A DNA stretch of 34,284 nt, from positions 1-34,284 of the forward strand of contig JALDZX010000111.1 in assembly GCA_022813865.1 (NCBI GenBank), written 5' to 3'. Source of the stretch: Xylographa opegraphella. Its lineage: Eukaryota. Both the position numbers and the translations under genes were made by a program. The notes beneath the pieces were generated by a model. It was not told where the DNA came from. It saw nothing but the letters and a program-made list of their open reading frames with translations, and did not search any database. Of the stretch, positions 12,868 to 24,258 are shown piece after piece. Numbering within the stretch: the stretch's first letter is position 1; every line of letters begins with the position of its first letter.

Positions 12868-13789
12868 AGTGATAATATTATCGATATTATTAAATTATTC
12901 AAAAAAAATAGCTCGCTTATTTCATTAATTAAAAAACCAATTTTTCAACGAGCTATTATTTTACAAATTAAATTTAATATTATTTTGCAAAACATTCTCG
13001 TTTTTCTATTTTTTATGTTATAAGTACAAGAATATCTTTTTGAATTAATAAATTCGTTATTTTTAAATCATGTATTTAAAAATTCTACGCCATTACAAAC
13101 AACGTGATTTTTTATTTTTTTTCGAAAAAAACCCCAATTTACATTATTAAAAAAATTAATAGAATCTTTTATACTTATCGTAGCTTTTCCGATATAAAAC
13201 GATGTAATGATTCGAGTTTATTTTTATTTCGAAATGTTTATTAAAATTAATCATCAATTCGTTCAATACGTTGTTTTATTCTTTAAAGATTTCGTTGAAT
13301 AAATTACAATTAACAACGTTGAATTTACTGATTTTTAATTGAATTATTTTTAGTTAATTAATTGAATTAATTTATTTCAGGCAATACGAATAAAAATCTA
13401 AAATTTTGAATTTAAATCAAAATTAAATAATTAATAAAATAATTTTTAAATTTAATATAAAAAAATATATCGAAGTCGTTTTATATTTATTATTAATATT
13501 TTTATAAAAAATTAACATCGAGAGAGTTTTTATTGTAAATTTTAATTTTTTTACGAATTTTATTATTTTCTATAATAATCGATCAAATATTCGTAACGAA
13601 AGAAGATTTAAAAAATCGAACGTATTTAAACCTTTTGAAATCTTAAAAGATTAAAAAATAAAAAATGTAAAATATAATAATCATTAAAGTATTAAATTTA
13701 ATAAGGCTTAATAAAAAAATCTTCAAAAACTAAAAGTTTAATATATATATAAAATGCAGAATTCGATGTGGCGTTCGATTTATTCATTT

Positions 13790-14007
13790 ATTTATCGATT
13801 TGTTTATTTATCGATTTGTTTATTTATCGATTTGTTTACTTATCGATTTGTTTATTTATCGATTTGTTTATTTATCGATTTGTTTATTTATCGATTTGTT
13901 TATTTATCGATNNNNNNNNNNNNNNNNNNNNNNNNTTATCGATTTGTTTATTTATCGATTTGTTTATTTATCGATTTGTTTATTTATCGATTTGTTTATT
14001 TATCGAT
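13790..14007. repeat. 16-bp minisatellite (ATCGATTTGTTTATTT)n inside the B2 5' LTR; assembly gap at 13912-13935
   Basis: Near-perfect tandem units on both sides of the N run. It explains three overlapping spurious ORFs. Confidence 0.97.
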
Positions 14008-16857
14008 CTGCCTGCCTGTCGATTTGTATTTTAAGTGTGATTTTTAGCTGCTCGCATCCTGGGCGTGATTTCTCGTTTAAAAAGCTCAATATATATATAA
14101 TTAAAATTTATAATTTTAAACGCTTCCCTTTTTAATTTCAGCTTAATAAATCAAATACGTATTATACCTCAAGCTTAAAATCTTGTATTTATATATTAAA
14201 CCTTTTCGTAAGAAGCGCTCGATTAAATAAAGGTATTTTTATTTTATTTTCGTTTCTTTTTTTTCGTTTACGTTTATCCCGTATAACATTAGCTTTAATA
14301 TATATTTAAACTACGATTACTTTTTAAATAAACGCAAATAAAATAATTATATTAAATTTTATAATTAACGATAAAATTAATATATTGTAAAATAATTTCC
14401 TTAAACGAAATAAACGTATTAAAAAATCGCTCGCAATACTACGATTACATTTAAAACCTTTTTAATTTAAATTTGACGAACGTTTATAAATTTAATAACG
14501 ATAAATTAAACGCTCTCGAAGTAACTTGAAATAAGTATCTATCCGAATCACGTATATAAATATTATTAATTTTACTCGAAGAGCTAAAATCGACTTTCTT
14601 GAAAGCGCTTTTATTTAAATATTTTTCATCGAAAAAGAAACGTTTCTTATATTGCAACGCAAGCGATTTCGCAATCGTAGAGAAACTTTTTTAAAGATAA
14701 AAAATAATTATCGATATTTTATCGCGTTTTACTCAAGAAAATTAATCGTTCTCGAATAAAGTTATATTATAAGAAATACTAAATTTTTAATTATTATCAC
14801 GGTTTTTAAAGCCTGGAAATATTATTCTAAAGGCGTAAAACAGCAAATTATAATATATAATTATTATAATAATTAATGTATATTTAATATTACGATAAAT
14901 TTATCGCGGCGTTAAACGCGATAAATAAAACATTTTATCGATTTCGATTGGTAATTTTATACGTATTTAGAAAATTTAATTTAGCTGATATATTCTTATG
15001 GCGCGTAAATTATAAAAATAATTTTAAATTAAAAAAGATATTTATATTATAATCTATTTACAGTTTTATAAAAAAAACTTAAAAAAATTTTCAACCGAGG
15101 ATTAATTATAATATAAAGCGCTAAAGAATATTTAATCGCGGTATTTAGCGATATATAAATTAATTTATTACTTTAAATTAAATAATTATTATTAAAAAAC
15201 AATACGTTTTATTTCGTAATCGCAATATCGACGGTAAATTTAAACTTTATTATTCGTAATAATTTATTATTTTTTAAAGGCAATAAAATTGAAACTTTAT
15301 CTGCGTTACGAAATTACATTTTAAAGGAATATTATAATATTTTATAATAAAACATTTTATCTCGCTAAGAAATATTATTACTGACTCGAACTTAAAAAGT
15401 TTATTTAAAATTTTATAAAAATATACGATATATATTAAAAAATAAAAATATTTTAAATAATATCGAGCGAAAAATTATAATAATTATTTCTTTCTAGCCA
15501 TTTTAGGCTAATATTTTAATTAATATAATTATAAAATCTTCACGTTTTATATTCTCGACCGATGAAAATTATAATTTAAAATATTATTCGGGAAAAACCG
15601 TGGTTGATAAATTAATTAAAATTATTTATTTTATTTTATATTATATTAAAACAAACGCGGTTTATATTGAATATTTAACAATTAATTTTTTCAAATATTA
15701 TATAGTATTAAAATTAACTGTAAGCGATAAAGAAACTTTATTTTTATTCAAACTTTAGAAAATATTATTTAAGGTATTAAAATTGAAACTCAAACTATTA
15801 ATAACTTATTATTCCTAATTCAATAAATAAATTAAAAAATATATTAAATGAATTATTTACTGTTAATTAATTATATACATAATAATAATATTAATATATT
15901 TATAAAAATAATTCCCATTTTTCGAAAAGAAAGGAAAATATTAACGATTATAAACAATAATAAACGTCAAGATTAACGGAGTATTAATAAACGTTATAAT
16001 TTACGGGGAAAATATTAAGAATATTTAATGAAAATAAAATTTTATAATAAAAATTATATAGAAAATTTAGGTAAAATACTATAATAAGTACTACTTTTCA
16101 GTAAAATTTAAAAAAGGCGATTTAATTTTTTTTTAAAAAATGCGAATATTCAAACAATGTGCCTATTAAAAAAGTTTAATAATCGATATTTTAAATTATT
16201 TTAAATTATTAAACGTATTAAAAAGTAAATTTATAAATTAAATCTTATAAATATATACAGAATTTATAATATTTTTTACGTAAAATTATTTAAATTGCGT
16301 GAAATAAATACGCGACCGTTAACTATTTTATTTTTTTATTAAAATAATAAATAAAACCAACTTATATTAAAAGTTTATTATTAAAGAAATAATATAATTA
16401 AAATATATAAAACGCAGATTTAAATATATATATAAATAGCAAAATTACAAAAATATCACTATTAAATTGATATAATTTATCGAGCAAAACGCGCCGTTAT
16501 TAATAGAAAAGTTTTATAAAATATATTCTTTTGCCCCAGGTCCTCTGCTTAATAAATAATTATTTAAAATTTTATAAAAACTTTATTAATTTATATTTTA
16601 TTAATAAATTTACGTTACGTTCGTATTATACTTATTATTTAATATATTATTTGTATTCGCGAAATTTTAACTTACGTTTATATTCGCGAAGTTTTATATT
16701 ATATTTATATTAGCAAAATTTTATATTACGTTTATATCAATTATTTTTATATTTCGTTTATATTTATTTTATATATTATAATTATAAATATTTTCCGTTT
16801 CGTTCGTATAAGATTTTAAATCCTTTTAAGGTCAGAAAGTATAAAAAAAGAAAATAG

Positions 16858-17127
16858 TATAAAATATAAAATTAGAAATAATATTTTATTAATTTATTTA
16901 TTTATTTATCTATTTATTTATCGATTCGCCTGTCTGCTAATTATTTATTTATTAATTTATATTTTAAATGTGATTTTTAGCTACTCGTATTGTAAACGTG
17001 ATTTTTCGTTTAAAAAATTTAATATATATATAGTTAAAATCTGCGATTCTAAACGCTTACCTTCTTAATTTCAGTTTAATAAATTAAATATATATTGTAT
17101 CCTGAGCCCAAAATTTTGCATTTCGCA
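16858..17127 (+). repeat. Family B LTR (3' LTR of B2)
   Basis: Follows a purine tract, ends TTTTGCATTTCGCA and aligns with the other B LTRs. Confidence 0.9.
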
Positions 17128-17891
17128 ATATATTTTTATTTTATTAAAATTTTATAATTCCCTAAATTCGTTTAATTTAATTAATTAAAACAATTAAAAC
17201 GATAAAGGCAAAATTAATAACTATTAAAAATCGATCGATATTAATTTTCTTTATTTAAATATACTAATAAAGTTAATGCAAAAAAACATTATTAATAAAA
17301 GTTCAGAAACTTACTATAAAATATTTATAATTCTCTAAATCGATTACGTATCGCAGCAAATATTGAAAATATAATAAAAATACGATAAAATTTAAATATA
17401 TACTTTGGTAACGAAGCTAAAGTATAATAAATATTTTAATTTAACGAAATTATAAGACTTAATTTAATAATTTATTTAAATAATATTTTAAAAAAAAATA
17501 TAAAACTCTCGAGCGACGTTTTCGATCGTGATTAAATAAAGTTTTTAATAAATACGTTGATACGCGTTATATTATAAAAAATATACAAAATTGCCGTAGC
17601 CTCGTAAAATACATTAATATATTTATTACTATTATAAAAGAATATGATTAAAATAAAAAGAAATTTAAACTCGTAATTTAAATTTGAATATATATTGATT
17701 TACCCCTAAAAAATTACTAAATGTATTAAATATCGATATTATTTTATAAATATTTCTTAAAGCCGTAAAATTAAAATAAATTCGATAAATATAAATCATT
17801 TGACCGTTCGTAGTTCAATAAATAATTTCAATTTCAATTTGACTTTGACTTTAAAAATAAATAAAAATAAGGCTTTTCTAATTTTGAGAGG

Positions 17892-18040
17892 AATAATTCT
17901 TAAAATAATTCTTATAATTCTTAAAATAATTCTTAAAATAATTCTTAAAATAATTCTCAAAATAATGCGAAAAATAATTCGAAAAATAATTCGAAAAATA
18001 ATTCGAAAAATAATTCGAAAAATAATTCGAAAAATAATTC
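17892..18040. repeat. 12-bp tandem array: AAAATAATTCTT units followed by AAAATAATTCGA units
   Basis: About 12 units in two blocks of variants. It produces the ILKI/IRKI spurious ORF. Confidence 0.95.
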
Positions 18041-18833
18041 ATAAAATATTAAAAAAAATTCGATTTTGTTAAAGTTATTCCTTAATAAAATATTTTTAAC
18101 CCTTTTTTCAAGGCTATTCAAACCGTTGTTTTATTTTAACGCTTTTTCGTTTAACGTAAATTAATAGCCACGGCAATTGCTACTATTTATTTAAAAAAAG
18201 GCGTTAGATAATTAATTTTAGCCTTAAAATACGAGTAAGGCGGCCGAAAAAGCATTAAAACATTCAAAAGATTTTTTCTTAAATTAAAACGACTATTAAA
18301 TTTTTTTAATTTTTAAAGCAGCAATTAATAATTTCTTATAATAAAAACGCTAAAACTATTAAAAATGTAAAAATCGCTGCTATTGATATTAAAAAAATTT
18401 TAGTAATAAAGAAATTTAAATTTACTATAATTAAAGTTATTATAAAATTTATTACAGTCAAGGCTATTACAACGCGTAAAACGAATATTTATATAATTTT
18501 TGGAATTAAAATTACAGTATTTGTTTTGATAATATTAAAATTTTTATAAAAAATAATAAACCCGGGGTATATTTCGTAATATCGAAATATTAATACAATA
18601 CGTGCGATACAATTTTTAAATCTTAGAGTAAATATTTCGTTTATTTTTAAAAAAAGATATTTCGATTATATTTTTTCTTTTAAATAAATAATAATTAAAT
18701 CAGAAATTTCGGCAATCGATAATATTATTATAGCCATTTTTTATATTTCAAAATCGAACGTCGTTTATTTATAAATAAACGATTTAAACTTTTGGGAATA
18801 ATATTATATTATAATATAAATAAGACTTTTGTT

Positions 18834-19074
18834 AAATATATTTTCATTGAAATATATTTTTAATTTAAATGTATTTTTTATTTAAATATATTTTGAATTT
18901 AATTATATTTTCAATTTAATTATATTTTCAATTTAATTATATTTTTAATTTAATTATATTTTTAATTTAAATATATTTTTAATTTAAATATATTTTTAAT
19001 TTAAATATGTTTTTAATTTAAATATATTTTTAATTCAAATATATTTTTAATTTAAATACGTTTTTAATTTAAAT
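18834..19074. repeat. 17-bp tandem array (AAATATATTTTTAATTT)n ending at the A2 protease catalytic motif
   Basis: About 14 slightly variable units. The last unit reads through gtt ttt aat tta aat tgt acg. Confidence 0.92.
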
Positions 19075-22000
19075 TGTACGATAATTTCTATTAATCGAGG
19101 TTTTTTATTGGAGCAAAATTTAAAAATGAATATTTTAAGAATAATTTCGCTATTTATCGTTTAAAAAATCAATATTAATAAATATCGAAATAATAAGTAT
19201 ATTAATTTAAACGTTTACTATCTTAATAATTTCGCAAATTATGCGCTCACAATAAATTATATCGTTCAAGAAACGTATTTTATAAAAAAATTTAAAATTA
19301 AAATTCTCGTGGAAATAAAATTTTTCATTTAAAATTTCTCGCTTTTAATTTCGCTGAAAAGATAATTATTAATAATTATAAAAATATGATTATTGATATG
19401 ATTATCATATTTCGTAACAACGAAAAAATTAATTTTTTTTAAAAAGTATGACATTTTTATTTTATATTAAAATGCCTGTAGCAATTTAATGTACTAAAGA
19501 TTTTCCCTTCGACCGCGATTTTTTTTAAATCGACGTATGATCTTTTTATATATATATAATAAACGTAAATCTTTTTTACGTTTATACAATAAATAATATT
19601 TTTTAATTTATAGTAATATTATAAAAATTAACCCTGGCAATCTTGTAAAATACGACGTTAATAAATATTTTTTAATATTTTTAAACGAAATGAACCTGGC
19701 GGTATATTTTAAAAATAATAAAAAATTTCTAAACTTTTGTTTTAACTTTTAATATATATTTTTATATAATATGCCGTCGAAAAAATAAATAAAAATATTA
19801 TTTACAATAAAAATTTAGTCGGCGCGGCAAAATTGTCGAAGTGGTAATTAATTTTCTAAGATTATAAATAGAAAATAATAAGCTAATAAATATTTTAAAA
19901 GCGAAATAAATAAATAAATAGTTAATTAATAACTGGCAATTAATTTATAAATTAACTTTTAAAATATATTTATTCGATTTTTAAAACCGCGAAGTCGTCA
20001 ATAAATAATTTAATAAATTTTATATATAAAATATAATAAATTAACTTTAAAAGATCATATTATTTAATCATTCGTATTTCGTGATTTAACAAAATCGAAA
20101 AATAAAAAAATTGTATCGTAGTTAATATACGATTTTTGAACAGAATTTTAAATTTAATTTTATATTCAATTTTTTTATAAATAAAGATTATCGCTGCAGT
20201 TCACGACATAATATATATATCGATAATAAATTACAGTTCATTTTTTAATAATAGTAAAATTATAATTTATATTAAAATCGCCTCGCAGTCGTGTTTTATT
20301 AAAAATAAAAAATATTATATTAACAAAATATTGTAATGACATCGTTTATACATAAAGGAAAATCGACGATATTGTTAAAAAATGTAATTTATTGCAAAGT
20401 ATTTATTAACGACGTAGTAATTTATTTAAATATATCGAAAAATATTTCTTTTATTAATACCCAATTATTTCGTATTTATTCAAGTATAATGTATATTTAA
20501 TTATAAACAAATTCTTTTTAAATAATTTAAACGTAAATCTATTAAATCAGAAAATTAATACCTTTAATTTCGTAATTGCAGAAAATAAATTTTTTTTAAA
20601 TTTTCTACGATATTCCGCAAACTCGAAACGTATTTAAAAATAAATAAATATTTTTATAATTATATCGCGGAACATATTTATTTAATATCGTTTGGAAAGA
20701 AATATAGAAAAATATTGAATTAAAATCTCGCAAAGTATAACGCTATTAATATACAACGTAAAAAAACGACAGTTAATTTATTTATAGATAATTTAATTTT
20801 AATTAAATTTAAAAAATTTAAAATTTATAAAATCGTTTTTAATAATTTATTTATTTTAACGTATTTTGACTTATTTCGATAATTTTTTTACGACATCGAT
20901 AGGTTTTAAAAACGCGAAATAGAAATTTATGTTTATTATATTAAAAATAAAAACGAATATTAAAATACGTTTATTAATTTATTAAATGTTAAAATATTTT
21001 TTTAAATAATAAATACTAAAATTATCAATTTATTGTTCATATTAAAATACTTCGAGATTTAATTTATTAGATTTTTAAGCCAAACTTTGATTAATATAAA
21101 AAATATTAATTTATTAAAATAAAAATAGTATATTTAATTTATATTATTAAAAATCGTGAAAAATCAACCGCGATAATACATATTAATTATTTTGCAACTA
21201 ATATTATCGCAATATAAATTAATTTATTAACCATAAATATTAGAAAGTTTAATCTGCGACTCGTTAAAGTTTTAAAATATTTTTGCAAAATTTAAATTTA
21301 TCGTTAAGTATAAAATTAAATGATTTTATATTGTATTAAACGCTATTTTTAAATTAAATATCGACGATACGTATAACGATTATAATAAATTTTATAATAA
21401 ATTTAACTATGTATATAATTATTGAACGATTGTGATAAAAATATTATTCAACTTCGAAATTAAATTTATCAGCAATACGAAAGCGATATTTATTAGCGTA
21501 AAACTTTTAAAAAAATTCGTAAAAACGATATCTTAAATACGCACGCGATATTTTTATTCTACGAAAAAAATAACGAATATTTTTATTTGATAAACTTTAA
21601 AAATAATCAAAAAACTGTATATTTCGTACGATTTAACAAAAAAAATATTTGTATAACGTACCATTTATATTATTATATTAAATATTATCTTATTTACGAA
21701 AAAATTATAATTTTATTATATATTCGTTAATCTGAATATTGTTTTAAAACGTATATTAAACATTGCTAATTATACTTTGAAAATTAAATTAAACGATATA
21801 AATTTTAAAAAAGTTTTTAATCGATTTTAACGTTCGATATTTTTTATTATTACGTAATAATAAACTTTATTTTAATTTTCTTAAAGTTATAAGAAGAATA
21901 CGATTACTGCCTTATCGTAATACATAAATTTAATAAAAAATTAGTATAATATTAAGAAAAAATATTTATACGATAAAAAATTGAATTAAATTTTTTATAT

Positions 22001-22265
22001 ATATTTTTAAATGACCGAATAATTTATCCCGAAAGTTATATTATTAAATAAAAATTAAAAGCTTCTATCGAAATTTTGAAAAAAAGCTTTTTCGAGGTTT
22101 ATAAATAGAAATATTTTATTTTATTATATATTACCCTTAAACTAACGATTGAACGAAAAAAATTAATTAAATTATTAAAATAATCTTGCGATACATAATC
22201 GTAAAAGTAAAATTATCTAAAATTAATTAAATTTTTTATTATTTTTACAAACGATGTTTAATAAT

Positions 22266-22453
22266 TGTCACGAGTTAAAGCTGTATAATATTAATTCCTG
22301 AGACTTGGGCCGAAAATCTCCGGCGTTATCATTGAAAAATATTATCACGTAATGCCCCCGGGTTATAATGGGGTCTGAGGGCCTCCCCCTTTCTTTCTTC
22401 AACAATTAGTCTTGAAATAATATGATTATTGCGGAGTATTTCACATTATCACA
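22266..22453. repeat. LTR-like block of another family, little mutated, truncating A2
   Basis: Starts TGTCACGAGTT (like the restored family A start) and ends TCACA. It is GC-richer than its flanks. No TSD was found and A2 does not resume after it. Confidence 0.65.
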
Positions 22454-22890
22454 AATTTCAAGATTAAAATTTTTTATTCGATAAAAGTTTTAGTCTTTTA
22501 CATTTAATTGATAAATAATAAAAATATATAAATTAAAATTAAAATTATAAAAAAATCACGTCGACAGAAAAAAATCGGCGAATTATCATTAAAGAATAAA
22601 TATTCTACGTTTTCTTAAGCGAAAACGTTTAAATCTTTAAAAAAATTAAGTTCGAAAATTTATTAAACCGATAAAAAGTGCGAAATATTTTTTTAATATT
22701 TTTAGATAAATATTTTTAAATAAATTATATAATATATACTCGTTTTTAACAAATTTAAATTAATTTAATTCCTGGCTACAAAATAGTTAATATAATCGTA
22801 ATGTTAATAATATAAAATTTCTGCGCTCCTTTATTTTCTTTATTGAATGATTATTTTTTGTTCTTACTATAAAATATTACCGCGAAATAT
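22454..22890 (+). mobile_element. Degenerate Gypsy-like fragment (possible RT thumb)
   Basis: Only a weak trace: ATTCCTGGCTAC (IPGY) near 22768-22779, resembling the RRFIPGY motif. Confidence 0.3.
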
Positions 22891-23145
22891 ACATAATTTC
22901 ATTACCCGTTCGTATTATATTTATTATTTTATATTTTATTTATACTCGCAAATTTTTAGATTACGTTTATATTCGTGTTATTTTATATTTCGGTTGTATT
23001 TATTTTATACGTTATATTTATAAATACTTTACGTTTCGTTCATATAAACGTTTTTAAATTTTTTTAAAATTAAAAAGTAAAAAAAAGAATAAAATATTAT
23101 AAAATACAGGGTTTGAAATAGCGTTCGATCTGTCGATTCATTCAT

Positions 23146-23204
<59 letters not shown>

Positions 23205-23321
23205 TTTNNNNNNNNNNNNNNNNNNNNNNNNNNNNNNNNNNNNNNNNNNNNNNNNNNNNNNNNNNNNNNNNNNNNNNNNNNNNNNNNNNNNNNNNNNNNN
23301 NNNNNNNNNNNNNNNNNNNAT

Positions 23322-23380
<59 letters not shown>

Positions 23381-23546
23381 TATCTTAAACGTAATTTCTC
23401 TTTATTCGTATTTTAAGCGTGATTTTTATCTAAAAATTTTAATGTATATATAATTAAAATCTGAGATTTTAAACTTTCCTCCTTAATTTTAATTTAAGAA
23501 ATCAAAAAACGTAATGCATTTCAAGCTCAAAATTTTGCATTTTGCA
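22890..23546 (+). mobile_element. Family B 3' end (3' UTR, purine tract, LTR 23098-23546)
   Basis: Positions 22890-23097 match 16605-16857. The LTR ends TTTTGCATTTTGCA. Confidence 0.87.
23136..23381. repeat. (TTTA)n microsatellite inside a family B LTR; assembly gap at 23208-23319
   Basis: Perfect ATTT units flank the N run. Confidence 0.97.
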
Positions 23547-23790
23547 TTTTATTTTATTTATACTTTAAATGAGGTTGTACATATTAAACCTTTTTTATAA
23601 ATATTGAAACATTTTCCATATATTACAAAATACGACGGGATTTCAATCGTTACATTAATATAATTTTTTAAAAGGTTTATACGGGAAAAATTGTTAATAT
23701 TTATATATACAGGCGAAAAAATTATTTAACGAAAATATAATAATTTATAATTCTTTATATTTTTAATACATTCGATCTGCGTATAATTTA

Positions 23791-23973
23791 TGTTACGGCT
23801 CATCAACTCACCACACAAGCACGCCTAGAACGTAAGCTTTAGGTGGACGATTTGAACCCAGATTAAGATGGAGAAGCGATGAGGCTGCTCCATGGGCAAG
23901 ACTATATACTNAAGGTGCTAGTCCTGATCCAGCCCGACCCCTATTACTTGTGACTGATGTCATAATCGTCACA
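23791..23973 (+). repeat. Young LTR (family F) with a single N at 23911
   Basis: Termini TGTTACGG...TCGTCACA. The first ~80 bp resemble 29975 onward. Positions 23913-23973 are nearly identical to the reverse complement of 34224-34284. Orientation is arbitrary. Confidence 0.85.
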
Positions 23974-24036
23974 AATATCTTCTAAAGATTAATGTGACGT
24001 TTAGCAATAATTCGAACGATTCACGCGTGCTGCAGC

Positions 24037-24228
24037 TGTTAAAAGGTAATTTAAAAATCTGGTCTATTTATATAAAGGGAGAACGGGCAGCTTGATATCG
24101 ATAAAACAACGAGCACCAGGGCAGCTTAATATTTACATAATAATAAATGGAATGGGCAGCTTAATACCTATAGAACAATAAGTAAAAAGGGTAGCTTGCT
24201 ACAAACGCAACAAAAAAAATTTTCAACA
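24037..24228. repeat. LTR-like block with inverted termini, containing four GGGCAGCTT motifs at ~35-bp spacing
   Basis: TGTTAAAA...TTTTCAACA, 192 bp. Motifs at ~24085, 24119, 24154 and 24189. No TSD was found. Confidence 0.5.
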
Positions 24229-24258
24229 CATTCGATTCTTTTAGTTTTTTCTGCTTTT

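Larger units (their letters stand above)
13748..17127 (+). mobile_element. Family B Gypsy copy B2: two LTRs, TSD ATATA, internal deletion of protease and RT; keeps RNase H, integrase and chromodomain remnants
   Basis: LTRs at 13748-14193 and 16858-17127, with ATATA at 13743-13747 and 17128-17132. gag joins RNase H near 14575. Integrase VVDKL near 15598 and VSDK near 15720; GPF-type region ~16190-16290; chromodomain-like YK*QNY region ~16380-16520; purine tract 16843-16857. Confidence 0.9.
12697..22265 (+). mobile_element. Family A Gypsy copy A2 (5' LTR, gag, protease, RT, RNase H, integrase core), split by B2 and truncated at the 3' end
   Basis: LTR at 12697-12867. The sequence resumes at 17128 exactly as in uninterrupted A1'. 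Protease VFNLNCT (=DSGCT) at 19060-19080 and RT YCKVFIND at 20390-20413. Positions 20055-22265 match A1. Confidence 0.88.

Noticed and set aside
13754..14135. Three overlapping ORFs of 88-111 aa
   Set aside because: They are translations of a stop-free 16-bp minisatellite and an N gap inside an LTR.
16531..16713. 60-aa Tyr/Leu-rich ORF
   Set aside because: It lies in the low-complexity 3' UTR of B2.
17800..18072. 90-aa ORF with ILKI/IRKI repeats
   Set aside because: It is the product of the 12-bp tandem array, starts at TTG and shows no protein features.
24085..24200. CRISPR-like repeat-spacer pattern
   Set aside because: The conserved part is only 9-13 bp, the spacers resemble each other, there are no cas genes, and the context is eukaryotic retroelements.
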